64,000 nt of DNA from Amphiscolops sp. MND2022 (lineage: Eukaryota): assembly GCA_964187785.1 (NCBI GenBank), contig OZ076409.1, forward strand, positions 26,290,001 through 26,354,000, in the 5' to 3' direction. The notes beneath the pieces were generated by a model, which was given only the letters and a program-made list of their open reading frames with translations, searched no databases and had not been told where the DNA came from. The position numbers and the translations under genes are program-made. Each line of letters opens with the position of its first letter. Position 1 is the stretch's first letter. Below, in pieces: positions 15,201-27,770 of this stretch.

Positions 15201-18200
15201 TAGCGCTAGCTCTACTAGTGATTGAGAAATCTTAGCAGCAGTTTTGCTCAAAAATCGTGTGAAAATGTCGAAAAATTTGAATTTTAGTTGAGCATAGTGC
15301 AATACCTCGCAGGTATCCCAACACTAAAAATCTTGCATTTTCGTGCGCACGGCACTGGATCACGACGATTTGTGCAATTTGAGCAGCCGGCTACTAGCCA
15401 AAGCTGAGAAATTGACATTTTTGTGATTTTTGACCCGAAAAAGTGGTACCTCTGGTACATCAAGGTTTTGTCACTTCATATCGCCAGATGTTGATCAAGG
15501 CACCTCGCCGCTCTGTTTTTCTGTTACGTAGGCAAAAGTTACGCTCGCATGCAAACTTTCAGGTGGCTGGGACGCCTCGAAGGCGAGTTTGACCACTTTT
15601 TGTGAATTCCACGACATAGTCAATTTTTCAGTGAACATTGTTAAGTGGCCGTGACACCCACAGGGTCAATTTTGACGCAATAGGAGAATTATTCCCCACG
15701 ATTCAGCCAGTGTATTAGACGGTGTGAAATTTTCAGATCGCTAGCAGCGCTAGAAGTGATTTTCACCTTCCCCGGAGGTGCATGTTGACGAGAAAATTGT
15801 TGATTTTGGGCATTTTTGCAAAAAATCACATAGTTTTTGTCAGTGTACGTGCCAGTAACGGCCAAGGCGACCCCATTAGCATACCAGGCCCCCTCAGGAC
15901 GCCTTGTTGAATCACTTTGATTAGTGCTAAGCTGACCCTAAGATCTCGGGTCTCTGAGAAAATCGGTCTACGAGACATAAAGGTGAAAAACCGAAAATGG
16001 AAATTCGCCTCCTGACTGCAAAGTCACCCAAGTGCAATCTATCCATTGCGAACATGCATGCGCGACGCTTTTTGAACCCCGTGGGTGCAAGAGCACGTTT
16101 ATAGGCACTTTTAGAGGTTCAGACTTTGAACGCAGTGCGTCTCAAAACAGAACAACAAGTACACTGGTGACTGCCATAGTGGAAAAAGAACGCTTTTTCT
16201 GACCGTACTACGATCGTAAGGTAAGAAACTACTTCAAACTCAGTGTCTCTCCTCCTACTCACCCCAAGGTCTACCCGTAGTCCCTATTTACATTTTGGCC
16301 ATCACTTGTGCTCTCCAGAAACATGGCAACATGAGTGACAAGCGGACATTTCAGACAATCTAACATCTGTAGCCAAGCAGGCTTCTCAAAAAATCAGTGT
16401 TCGCTGCTCAATTCCTGCCTAAGGTGTACCTTGGTGCTCGGTACCACAGTTGCGTGAACCATGTCGATGTGAAAACACCGGACAAGAGATTGGCCCGGGG
16501 AGTACCCATACTCTCCCGAGAGAAGTCAACAAAAAGCATGATGAAACACCTAGAGCTTCAAAGCTCTGAGAACTGCTTGGCCAGCGGCCGTGCTTTTAGA
16601 ACCCGAATGATTGCTCTGGAACTTGTTTTTAATGCCGAAGACTGTTTTCATGATCTATCATGCCTGATTTTTGACTTTTATTGGTTCTGCTCTATCATCG
16701 TTAGTGAAATTGTCCCCTCTTGAGAAGTAGTTTGTTTCCATCTCTTGCTTATACGCTGGTGCTTGTACTACCTAGACAATAACTTTAACTGAGCGTACAC
16801 TGCTGACACAATAGATTGAATATTTCTTCATTTCTAGTGATATTTTTGATTTTTTGAGGCCTGTTTCACCATTAGTGCTAGTTATTGTGCAGTTTCTGTT
16901 GGCCATGAACTACGACACTTTTGCAAGACCACAGCTGTTACTTTCATTTTTCGCTTTTCAAGTGCTATCGTGCATTTTGTAAAACCTAACCTATCAGGTG
17001 GGCCCCTGGTCAGTGCCAAACCTGTTGTGATGAGTGCTTTTTATGCAGATGCAATAAGGTGCTAAGAATTCTGAAATTTTGGTGCGAAATTAAAAGTTTG
17101 AATTTGTTTTTAATATATAGCTAAGTGTCTGAAGTTGCTAATATTTTTCCAGTGCAAGAACCCGTTGTTGGCGTGGAATCCAAGGAAGCCTGCCAAGCTT
17201 GCAAAAACTCATGTTTTTGGACAATAACGTGTTTTTGGGCAACGACTTCCATTTAGATTCCTGAAGTACCATGTTGCAACAGTATCACTGGATCACTGGA
17301 TGGTAGCAACCAAGATGTGAACGTCCTCTCTCGTTTGTCGAGGACGACAAACTACGGCCCGGGGAGGATGTAACGTCCGGCAGTCGGCGAACAGAACGAA
17401 CTTTGAAAATTTCGTTCAAGATGTCAAAATGTGCGATATCGAAGAATGCACAAGATGGCCGACCTGACAGGTACTAAAAATTAAAAAAGAGGACAAAAGA
17501 GAGCAAGAAGACCCCACCCCCACCCAGGAACGAGACTGTCCGAGATGTCATCACCCAGAAGGCGTGAGAATCAGGAATTCTGCCATCTGACAGCAAAAAG
17601 ACAGGGTTTTGGCAGAAAAGTGCCAAATGAGACCATTGTGCCCCGAAGATGAGGAATGATGCCAGAGGCAGGAAGCCGATGATCGCCACCGAAATGTAAC
17701 TGTATACTTTATTGAGGCCTATCCCCACCTGTTTTGACTGTTTATAGCGTATTTGGATAATGTTTGACCTATTAGGTCCTCATTTTAGTCATTATTCACT
17801 CAATATAATGTATTTCAGCTAGACACCTTTTTGGACCTCGGAAGTATGTAGGAGATAGCAGGAACGCATTAGGAACCTAGGATACGTTTTTACAGGCTTG
17901 TGGGGCGTGTCCGGACTTTGAGAGTGCCGGCACGTCGCTTCGGAGCTCTAACTAGAGAAGCCTCCTTAGACGTTAGAAAAGTCTCCCTTGGAGACCATTT
18001 TGGGATCAAAAACTAGTGTCTAGGTATGTAGTAAGACAACGGTCTCCTGTTTAAGCATCCTAGGCATTGTCCCTCTTCCTAGATGTGCGTCGCTAGCCGG
18101 TCGTTACATCAATCTGACATAAACATTGAAAATGATCATCTGTGAGACTGAAACAGCTTCCTTTTATTGCAATTCATTAACTTAAACGTGGAATATTTTT

Positions 18201-21200
18201 ATTTTGCTTGACTAAGGTGTTAAAAATTAACATGTGTATACATATCATGTTATAGATGAGTTTCTCGCCTGTAGTTTTTGGTGATCCGCCCTCAAAGCAG
18301 CCAAATCGTCTTCCATCTGCTTCTGTTTCTCCTTCGCCTTCTTCTCCTCTGCTTCCCTCTCCTTCTGTAGCTTATTGAACTCTTCCTGTTTCTCCTTCAA
18401 CTTCTTGGCCGAGTCTCCTTCCGACATTTTCGCCTGCTCCTTCAGCCTGAAATCATCATAAATTCAAGGCTATTCAAAGAGGAAAACAAGCAAAAAGAAC
18501 CATGTTAATTTAGAAAAAAAACAGCCAATTATGATGATTGACAAGCGTATTGACATCATAAAATCAAGCCTAAAATGCTTTTGAACATGTCAAACTCTCC
18601 TAAGTTAACCCCTTTTATGTTAGAGTCTCTTAGGGCAAAATCTTATTGGTTTTGGAGACCGAAATAAGACGCAAAAGGAAGACCCAGTCATAAAGCAATT
18701 ATTTTGAAATCATATTTTAAATTGATTCAGGAGACCAAACTTTCCCCGAAAGATACCTGATTCCCATCGAAACTGTTGCAAACGTCATTCCAAACGCAGA
18801 GAGTTCTTACAAACGCCAAGTGAATTACATGAGCAATCTTCTGTCTGTTAGAAACTGCTGTGTCCTAAAGTAAAACCATAAAACGGAAGAAGGAATTCCG
18901 AATCTCACAACAAATTTTTAATCGGTTTTTTCCAGATTAATTCTGTAGCAGACTTTATTGGACTTTAATTTCATTTAATAGTCTTGGACCTTATTTTCAA
19001 CTTGCTTTGGTCGTTATATGGTGGGACGTCATTTTCTCCAATCGGAAATCCATGTTTCTCCAGGGTACAATGATTATTGTGTAGAAAAGATTTTGTGTGG
19101 CGTGCACGCGACAGAGTGAACTTTTTTCTTGCAAATTGTTTGTTCGACGAAAGAATGGATGATTAGGAAGAAGGCACGTCGATTTTGAGCAGCCTTAATG
19201 CTAAAGAAAATCAGTGCGAACTTCCAAAAAAGTACACTTTCGCTAAACAAACTAAGATAGTTCACATGCTATTTTTGATGTTTTGCGACCTAACTAAACA
19301 CACAAAACTAAAAGGCGCATATTTAGTTCCCTATAAGAATTATACAAGCCTGAGGTTTTTCTTGAGGCATTATTTGACGGCATCGAGTGAAAAAACTGTG
19401 GCAAAAAATAAATAAGAGAGTCAAAAAGTAACAATTTGTGCTAGTTACAATGAATTATTTCTCTACAAAACTCAAAATATGGCTCAAGTCAAATGAAAGG
19501 GAAGCTTGTTTTGTTCTGACTGCGACTACTGTTCAAGAGAAAATTTTCAATGCGGGCAAGAAACAAAGAACATTCTACAATAGAAATCTAAAGTTGACCA
19601 AAGTGTTTAAAGAGTCTAGGTGACATCTTTTTTCTCTCCGGAAAACACTTTTCTTCGATTGTCAAAATGATTTGGACATTTGGTTTCAGTTGACGCATTT
19701 AGTAAGTCTTCAAAAAATGGAACTAATTGAAAGAAAATAATTTCTCGATAACTAAACGTGACAGTGCTGTAATAGCGTAAGGGAGGTCTCAGCCTCTGCG
19801 AACTTTTTGGAGTAAGACTTGTAAAAAAACGAAGCAGCCACAGGATTACAAGGCAGCATCTACTGTTTCAACTAAAACTGGAAGTGTTTTTACTTCTTCA
19901 ATGTCTCAGTCACTTTGTTTTCGCACAGTTTCTCAATTACACAACTGTATGTAATCACCGGTAGTCAAATTGCAAACTGGACATGACGCGATTGTGAATA
20001 TTGCAAAGTGGCAGTAGGTAATTTTCTTTTCAATGGCCGTAGTAACCAAGTGTCAGCTGCGTTTTACAGTAAAACGTTTGGATTGTAAAAGTAGCAAAAC
20101 ACAAAAATAGCCCCATTTTGTCGCAAAATTTATTTTGCTTCTTTCAGGCAGCTTGATAAAAGTCAAATGAAAATAATGCTTGGCAACCTACAAAAACTTG
20201 TACAAAGGTCAAGCTGTTTCAACTAAGGTTACGGAGAGTGAAATTAAAAGGGATGATTTTGATGGTCGGTTAATTTTTGTACAGTAGAATCCGGATAATT
20301 TCACGCCGCTTAATTTAAAACTTCGGATATTTTCACACAAATTGAAAGTCCCACGCAACTGTAGGACTAATTAGGTCCGGTTAACTTCTTCACACCTAAT
20401 TTCACATTCCGGATAATTTCGTTGAATACTAAGCTCCTATTGGTCAATTTGCACTTAATAATTTCACTCATTCAATCTCACTCGTGTAGGTAGCTGCAAC
20501 CTGGTTACATTTCTGATACATGTACCTACATGGACTCGTCTAAACGCAGAGCACACGTATCCCTGACTTCTGAGAAAAAACTCCAGCTGCTGGACGAATT
20601 GAAAAACGGTTGCAGTCAATCTGATATTGCAAAAAAATATGGAATTGATCGAACAACAATTTCGAAATCAAGGGTCAGGAAGAAAAACTTCGGGCAGACA
20701 ATTCAAACAACAAACAACCCGACAGAAAGCGTGCTAGGCAGAGCAGCGCCGGCGACGTGGAGCGAGCTTTGCTCACGTGGTGTCATCAGGCAAGGAGCGA
20801 GATATTCTGCTGAATGGACCAATTTTACTTGAAAAGGCCCAGTCATTAGCAATTCAAATGAATAGCGACTTTGTACTTTAGTATACTCCTAGAGTAAAAA
20901 ATCGATAAATTTAGCCTACTTCGTTTTATTTCACGCTTCGGATAATTTCACATGTTTGCCGGTGCCCCAGGGGGGATGAAATTATCCGGACTCGACTGTA
21001 ATGGAAAATGCGCTGTCCAAGAAGCAATTGTTATATAGGACATACAGGACAAAAAAAAAGAAACTAGAAAGTCATAGAAGTACCATGAAAACTTGAGATC
21101 TTTGATTATTTTGAGAACATAATCTGACTTAGCATAGAAAAATATTCGGGCTTCTCTGGGTGTGTTTTTGGAAAAATCAAGAGATATTCCATTCACTGGA

Positions 21201-24200
21201 TTCGGTGTTCGCCGATGTTTCCAAAAAAGACGGAAACATGATTAAGGCGTCTCGCTGAAGTATCAAGAAGCGTAAGTTTTTGAAAACGTGAAGGAACTAT
21301 TTCATTTTCACAGTGTCAAATAACCAAAGCAATTTCAAAAGCACTTTTTTTGAACTAAAAAAAAAAGAGAACAAACCAAAGGGGGAAATTTTATTCAAAA
21401 ATTGGCACAGCGCCGAAAATAAACATGCTTTTTAATCCGGATAAATATGTTAAAAATGAAAGTGAGGCTCCTTTGAATCATTTTGGCATTTTGTAAAAAC
21501 TTTTGATGTCCAATTTGACCGGATTGAAAAAAAATCTCAAAAAAGGCCAGCGAGTGACCATTAAATAGGATGGCTCATCTAGAAAATCCGAAAAATGGTA
21601 TTAATTTTTAACCTTTCCATTTCTTCTTTCAGTTTCTGCTGTTCCTTGAGAGCATCCTGGCGCTGTCTTTCCGCCTCTGCTTCCAACTCCTTCATCTTCC
21701 TAGCCTTCGCCTCTGCCTCCCTCTCCAACTCTTTCTGCAACTTGTCCGAACTCTGTTTCATTTTGGTCAACTCATCTGCAATACAACCAACCACCACACT
21801 TTCAATTCAAACACCTTTCGGTTGCGTTTCTTTCCTTCTCATGTCAATAATTCTTTTCGTTCATGTCATATCAGTTTCAAGAATACTTTCATGTGTTCCA
21901 TTTCCATGTTCGAATTATTCATTCAGGCGTGAAATTCACAGATTAAATTGTTCGATGAGGTTCCTGGTGAGCAATGGTAGATAACCTAAGCTCCAAAATT
22001 TACAGCATTTGTTAAAAAATTTCAGAGCTTTTTCCCGGTCGACCTTCATACATTGAACATGCATATAAAACAAAGCCGTAAAATGACCTCAAAAATTATG
22101 ATTGTATGGGAACCATACATTTTATGAAAAATATCTTTTCCATACTGCGGTTATAACAGATGTCTTCCATACATGGCATATAAAGGATGCATATATGATT
22201 AAAACATGGAAGCTATCCTATGGTGATAAACCGAAAACATGGCATACCTCTGAAAACTCGGATTATGTTCCTCATTTTGCCCCCCCCCCCCAAGCGGGCG
22301 CGGGGGAAATAAGAAACGAGGTTCAAATACCATTATGTTTTATGCGCTGATTATTCGGTCTAATGAAATAATCGATGTCGGCATAATGCTATCTTTCACA
22401 TTGATTCACAGTTAAAAGTAGCTCATTTTAATTTTTGACGGGAAAACTTGCGTTGAAATAAGACCTGTATTATTTTATTTTATTTTAGCTTCTTCCAGGG
22501 GTGAATTTTTGCTTTTTTGTAAAAAAAAAATTATCAAGTATTCCGGATTTTTGCTACAAGTGTCAAAACACTCTATGGACAATTCTCTAAGTATTTATAG
22601 TCATTTTTGTGTTGGGGGATAAGAAACAAGGTGTACTTGAGGGGATAAACATGGTCCAAAACCTTTTTCATAGCAACTAATTTCCATAAAAAATAAACAT
22701 TGCATGAAGTACACGTCATGTCAACCTGGGTCGTACAACAATGATTTTTTTTAAATTTCTTAGTTTGGCTGTTTGTTTAAATTGACTGAGTGTGGGTATC
22801 TAAAAGTAAAAACTTACCGGATAGCTGGTCGTACTTTTCCTTGGCAGCCTTCGCTTCTTTTGCTTGATCATCCAGTTGAGATTTGAGTTTGTTCATGTCG
22901 CTCTTCATACCTTCTTTCTCGCTCTCTAGATCTTTGCGCATTTGCTCTGCTTTCGCCAATTCCTCTTCGGTTCTCTGGAGAACAATGATCTCAATTTAAG
23001 TTAGATCTGGGAACATGGAATTTGAATGACGTTTTTACACCAACTTTTTAAACTTAATGCCTTCCAAAATACAGTGAATTCTCCTGATTTGAATCGCTAG
23101 GGATCGAATAAAATAGTACGAATAATGAGAAAGACGAATAAACCGGATGATATTACTTTGGTCGTTGCGAAATGGATTTCTCAAATACAAACGAATTAAA
23201 CGAAGAACCGAATTATTCCGATAAGGATTAACCGGAGTTGGCTATAACGTTTTTCAGCCAATTCTGGAATTTCTAATGTACTTTAGTTGCTGTCTTTAAT
23301 GATTAATACTTTGAGAAAAGCAGCATTTACCCAAATATATGCAAACTATTTAACTTTAAAGGTAACCTTGAAGGTAATTTAACCTTGAAAACAGAAGACT
23401 TGTATCAAGATTTCCCGAAAAAATAACACATTTGGTTGCAAAAAATTGTATACAAATTTCACTATACAATGTCAAACAGTACGGATATAATACACTGTTT
23501 CCAAGGAAAATAATTTTCAGTTTATGAAACCTGTAGTTTACAAAATACTGTACCTTAACTAATACCATAAATATTTACCTAAATTTACCATAAATAAACT
23601 ATTAATAAAGAAAATTCTATCAATCGAGAGTCAAAATTGCAAACTTCCAAAAAATTGCTTGATACTGCTTCATTTGACTCCTCATACATGTAATGCCAGA
23701 ATGATATGAAAGTTTCATAGTCAAACAAAATAACCCAGAAAGTCAGTTGATTAACTGTGCATCAAAGCCAAAATTTGAAACTATCAGTTTTTCGTTTTAC
23801 TGTATAACCTCATGAAGTTTTTATGACTGACCTCTTCACAACTTCACCTTACATCAGTTCTAGTTAACCTATTGTGTCTGCGATACGAAAAAATGTTCTC
23901 CAATTTCCAGGTTGTTTAAAAAATATTGTAGAAAATTACTCCAAACCAGTCGATATTTCGATGACATAAGAATGACACGACCACACAGCCTGTTCTGGGT
24001 ATAATAAACTTTCCATGCATTCATCTCTTTAATTTCTCGAATTAGGAAAAAACTTTTGAGTTCTACTGTTTGTCAACTAAGTCTACTACTGATTAATACC
24101 ACATCGCTTTTGGGTCAAAGTTGAGTTACTTGAGGTCACAACTGACCTTGCGTTCTTCCTCCTTCTCGTTGAGTTTGAACATGGTGTCGTCCAGTTCGCT

Positions 24201-24937
24201 CTGCAACTCGTCTGCCTTGTTAGGGGCTGCCACTATCTCTTCCTCCACATGGGGCATCATACTGCCCCTCTTCTTCTTCTCCTTCGGGTCCAGGATAGCC
24301 CGCAGCACGTGCGCTGCAATGCACCAGGTTATAGTCTACACTTTTACATGGTGTATTTACTGTTTACTGTTCAAAGTAAATGGTGATCCTTCTTAGAGCC
24401 ATCTTGCTATATCATTTTTTGACTTGTTATAATGTTACATCACTTTTTGACTTTAAATACTACAAAACCGCTAGGCGCAAATACTGTTATTATAAACTCA
24501 AAATGTGCACTATAAAAAATCTATCTGTTTTTTCAAGCTAAACTATGTATAAGCAAGCATGTTGATGAGCAGCACATATACGCGCATATATTGAACGGAT
24601 GGTAATAGCGTAAAATTATAACTGGAGCGGATTGGATCCAATGCAGATTTTTTTTTGATTTCAGGATGAAGGTGCTGATGAGTGTTTCGTTTGATTCGAT
24701 TGGCTTGCGCAGAGTATCAATTGAAAGATGTGCTCCACAAGATAAAATTAACGAATCAAAAATGGAATCAGCACAGGTGTGTCTCCAAATTAAAGAATTC
24801 TGTAGTCAGGATATGGGGCTTTTGCTCTCACCAACCTCTCATGGCTATGTCCTTGTACTTGTCGCCGGCAGTAGAGGCCGCCTTAGGGGGTGTAGCTTCT
24901 CCCGTGGTCTGGGACCCAGGGCTCACGGTCCCCTCCG
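295..24937 (-). CDS. Long coiled-coil protein (E/K/R/Q-rich; rootletin/golgin/trichohyalin-like composition), partial multi-exon gene
   Basis: 16 phase-compatible exons read by eye: 24937-24836, 24313-24147, 22974-22818, 21775-21613, 18446-18269, 8568-8482, 8402-8230, 7913-7774, 6975-6747, 6103-5865, 5150-4958, 4051-3802, 3460-3387, 1988-1787, 1221-1093, 435-295. All have AG acceptors and GT donors (one GC). Translation is heptad-like, e.g. EKLRAEKDKMRETLEDDIKKSKEKMEAL. The gene continues left of the window and its 5' exons were not found. Confidence 0.85.
460..800 (-). mobile_element. Interspersed repeat (Helentron/HINE-like, family B) containing a 17-bp minisatellite
   Basis: AACAAGACGCCCGCTAAGCACCGGGATATTT and the GGAGATTTGGCA..TTTGGAAAAAA..GATTTTCCTCCC blocks recur at 27319-27760. 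The terminus CGTCTTGTT is shared with family A. Right boundary approximate. Confidence 0.55.
513..682. repeat. 17-bp minisatellite (TAGTCAAGTAACT[A/G]AAA), about 10 copies
   Basis: Directly visible tandem array. Confidence 0.9.
2049..2642 (+). mobile_element. Non-autonomous Helentron-type (HINE/DINE-1-like) element, family A
   Basis: T-run plus AGTCGGCGC at the 5' end (part of a hairpin ending CCGACT), subterminal inverted GCGCCGACT at the 3' end followed by a short hairpin and TT, and internal AAGGGTCCCCC repeats. Further copies at 35168, 37172 and 56199. Confidence 0.6.
9073..10636 (+). repeat. 5' LTR (interrupted by a LINE fragment)
   Basis: Matches 17369-18108 once 9193-10015 is removed. 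Confidence 0.9.
9193..10002 (+). mobile_element. 5'-truncated LINE 3' end
   Basis: 13-bp TSD AAAAATTAAAAAA (9180-9192 / 10003-10015) and a (TC)n tail. Absent from the 3' LTR. ORF 9322-9837 has a Cys-rich C-terminus (CICKLCG...H...C) like LINE ORF2 ends. Confidence 0.8.
11946..14650 (+). pseudogene. LINE ORF2 (endonuclease-reverse transcriptase), one in-frame stop
   Basis: ORFs 11924-13558 and 13577-14650 are in the same frame, separated only by TAG at 13556-13558 (KAFD*VPH). Confidence 0.9.
11946..14715 (+). mobile_element. 5'-truncated CR1/L2-like non-LTR retrotransposon
   Basis: APE endonuclease motifs (IYNPP, GDFNFP, LDLVL, SDH) and RT motifs (NYRPISIL, QHGF, GVPQGSVLGP, FADD). (CT)n tail. 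Candidate TSD TACAT (11941-11945 / 14716-14720). Confidence 0.9.
17369..18108 (+). repeat. 3' LTR
   Basis: TG...CA termini with inverted TGTAACG/CGTTACA, preceded by a PPT. Confidence 0.9.
20282..20998 (+). mobile_element. Tigger/pogo DNA transposon, internally deleted
   Basis: TIRs CAGTAGAATCCGGATAATTTCA / TGAAATTATCCGGACTCGACTG and TA TSD. ORF 20530-20832 begins with a CENP-B/psq-type HTH (LTSEKKLQLLDEL...IAKKYGIDRTTIS) and then frameshifts. No DDE domain. Confidence 0.85.
23072..23243. mobile_element. Tigger-like MITE
   Basis: TA-CAGT start and degenerate inverted end. A related copy at 61164-61315 shares AATAGTACGAAT, GGATGATATTACTTT and TACAAACGAATTAAACGAAGA. Confidence 0.55.
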
Positions 24938-27318
24938 CTAGAAAAAAAATGATTATTTTGTACAAAATTCATAATAAATATTGTTTCATTTATATATATG
25001 CAAAATTTATTAAAGAAATTCGAACTGCATATTTTTCAACTGATTTCGAGTTTGAGCGGTCATTTTTTGGTGAACAGAAATCAAGGAAACGTTACCAAGA
25101 TGATGAAAATCGATGCCTCTTTTCATAAAAGTTGAGCATTCACAGTTAAATTTTTGAATCCTGAAATATTTGAATAATTGTATTTACCACCTTTTTGTGT
25201 ATAACCACATTTACTACCTGCTTAATTCCATTCGTAAAGATAGGATTCATGAAAGCAAAGAGGAACAATTATGTGCCGATCAAATATCCCAGTTCCGACT
25301 CCTTTTTCCATACCTGGAAGCAATTTCCTGAATTTTGATCATATACAATACCTTTAACCGCTTTTCTTTTATCGAATTCTGAAAACAGTCTTAGTTTTTT
25401 AAGAAAGGTTATTTAAAGCTGTGTCAGGTTTTTTTTAGTTGTTGACTTTAGTCGTCTTCAGATATCGAAGTCCAATGGCCTTCCAGGAAAAGTATCGCTC
25501 CAAACTCTTCATCGCTTTAATATTTTCCGTCCATACTTCATTTGGAAATGAAAATATTTAAATTAGGCTCGTTTTTTCCAAAATTTGCCATGCTCCAAGT
25601 TTATAAACATATTGAAGAGCTTAACCCATAGAATTCAACTGACGTAAATTTAGTTTCATTCGATATGCAGAGACTTCTTTTGTTTCACCCCAAAGACCCC
25701 AGAATGACACAAAAATGACCACAAAGTATACAAAAACTCCGATTTTTATGAAACTTCGGACGATAGAACATTCGTGGATTACAACTTTGAAACCGTTCAA
25801 CATCAGTTGATTTATTTGTCCAGTAAGCTTTTTGAAAAGAAAAAAGTTTTTAATCCTCAACTTGACCTCAAAAGAGTCAAAAAATCCAAAAAAAAATCAA
25901 ATTCATGACGTTTTCCAAGCAATTTGTGTACATTTTGGAACGTTTTTGTGGCTAAGAAGGCTCAAAAGATTCAAAGACGAACAAATGACCCCAATGAGTC
26001 GGAAATTAAAATTGTTTTTCGAACGTCTTAATTTAAAGCTTGTGAAGTTTTTGAGTGTCTAAAGTTCCAAAGCAAACAAACGCGTTATCCAGTATTTGAG
26101 AGTCAATTGCAAATTCAAGTTAGAAAAAAGGCCCAAAACGAACTGAAAATATATGAAAAACTAAAATTTTTCCTAATTTCATTTGCAAACTTTAGGACAT
26201 GTTTTCACACGTTTCGTCAGTTAGATTGTTTAAATTGTTGAAATAAAGTTATGGAGTTTGTTTTTCTTTGATGCGAATGGTTTTTGATGCGAATAAAAAA
26301 CCAGAACGAATCAAAATAGTCAAACGTCGGAAAATTGCATAGTTTTGATTTTTTTCCCAAGGAAATTTCTGAGAAACTTTACTTGATTAGAGTCTTGAAA
26401 AACTCAAAGTCGAATGGTGTAGTTCTTTAATTCGCTTCTTTGTGGAGATAACTGCAATTTTCGTTGTAATTTGGCCTCGATAAGACCCCAAAGTAGTCAA
26501 AAAACTTCCGGACAAAATAATTAGTCATGCTGTAAGCCATGGTAGACTTTTTTGAAGAAATATTTGAAATTTTCCGTTCAAAACGTTCCTCACCATGACC
26601 CCAAGGTTGTTGAAAATTGCAAATTTTTCCATATATCTAGACTTTTTGTGCAAATTTTTAATAATTTGGCTGGTTAGATACTCGTATCCACACATTTTCA
26701 CAATAAAATCATAAGTTAAGTAAGTTCTTGATGTAGGTGTTTCTTTTTCAAACGGGATAACAAAAGTCAAAAAGTGTCAAAACTTTTTTTCAAACATCTA
26801 TTCATTTTGATAGTGTGAACGGAAAAGATCCTGTTGGTCAGCGGGCGCGTCTTGTTTATCATATTAAGTCGGATAAAATGTACACATTTCGAAAACACCG
26901 TTCAATTTTTTGTCGTTTTAACTAGACGAAAGGAATTGTTTTTTCACCAACTCCAGATCTTAGTAATTTCGAAAAAGGCTCTTCTAGCTGGCACAAGGTA
27001 AGTAACTTTGATGTGTGGAAAACATGTCTAAATTAAAGTGTGGACATCTGGTCGAAAATTTAACTCGTCGATTATTAATTGGGATCAAATTGGTCGAATA
27101 ATTTCATATTGTCAATTGGCTGTTGCAAACCCACCAGAAAATGGCCGTCAAAATGAATAAAAACGATAAATTCAAAATGATAAAAAACTGCAACAAAAAA
27201 CTTTTATCTAAAAGGCTCTGTAGATTGACAAACTATACTGTTCATAATCAAAAGGTGTCCAATAAAGCTTAACCAACTAATTTGCTTGAATTGATTAGTG
27301 AATTCACACTGAATGACA

Positions 27319-27770
27319 AACAAGACGCCCGCTAAGCACCGGGATATTTTCCGCCCTGTTCGCCTTCACCAACTGAGCCATAGCTATTTTGGAAGGGGGA
27401 ATAGGATCTAAAGAATAAGATCTAAAATTTAGTGATTTTAGATCTTATTCCTTTTAGATCTTATTCCCGCCCTGAAATTTATTCCCTTTTTTGACTTTAA
27501 ATATTATTCCCGCTGTAGAAGAAGAAGAAGAAACGCTATATTCAAAACTATCAGAAATAGTTATAAAAACCCAGGATAGTAATGAAGTGTACAACGTTTT
27601 TATTAAGTTGTATGCTATTTTAGTTACTTGACTATTTTAGTTACTAATAGCTATATAAAATAGTCAAGTAATCAAAAGGTGGAGATTGTGGAGATTTGGC
27701 AAAATTTGGAAAAAACGCGTCACAGATCATGATTTTCCTCCCCCATTTATAAAATGTGAGGTCGGAAAAT
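27319..27770 (-). mobile_element. Interspersed repeat family B (Helentron/HINE-like)
   Basis: Shares terminal and internal blocks with 460-800, and has only one or two copies of the TAGTCAAGTAA unit, in inverted arrangement. Confidence 0.5.

Larger units (their letters stand above)
9073..18108 (+). mobile_element. Non-autonomous LTR retroelement (LARD-like) with two nested LINE insertions
   Basis: Near-identical ~740-bp LTRs TGTAACG...CGTTACA at 9073-10636 (interrupted) and 17369-18108. PPT GGGGAGGA precedes the 3' LTR. A tRNA-Arg-like PBS TGGCGACCACAGAGGGA lies at ~10653. No gag/pol ORF internally. Confidence 0.85.

Noticed and set aside
308..21984. Plus-strand Ser/Phe/Leu-rich ORFs (e.g. 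1806-2327, 4925-5254, 21595-21984)
   Set aside because: They are antisense shadows of the coiled-coil exons.
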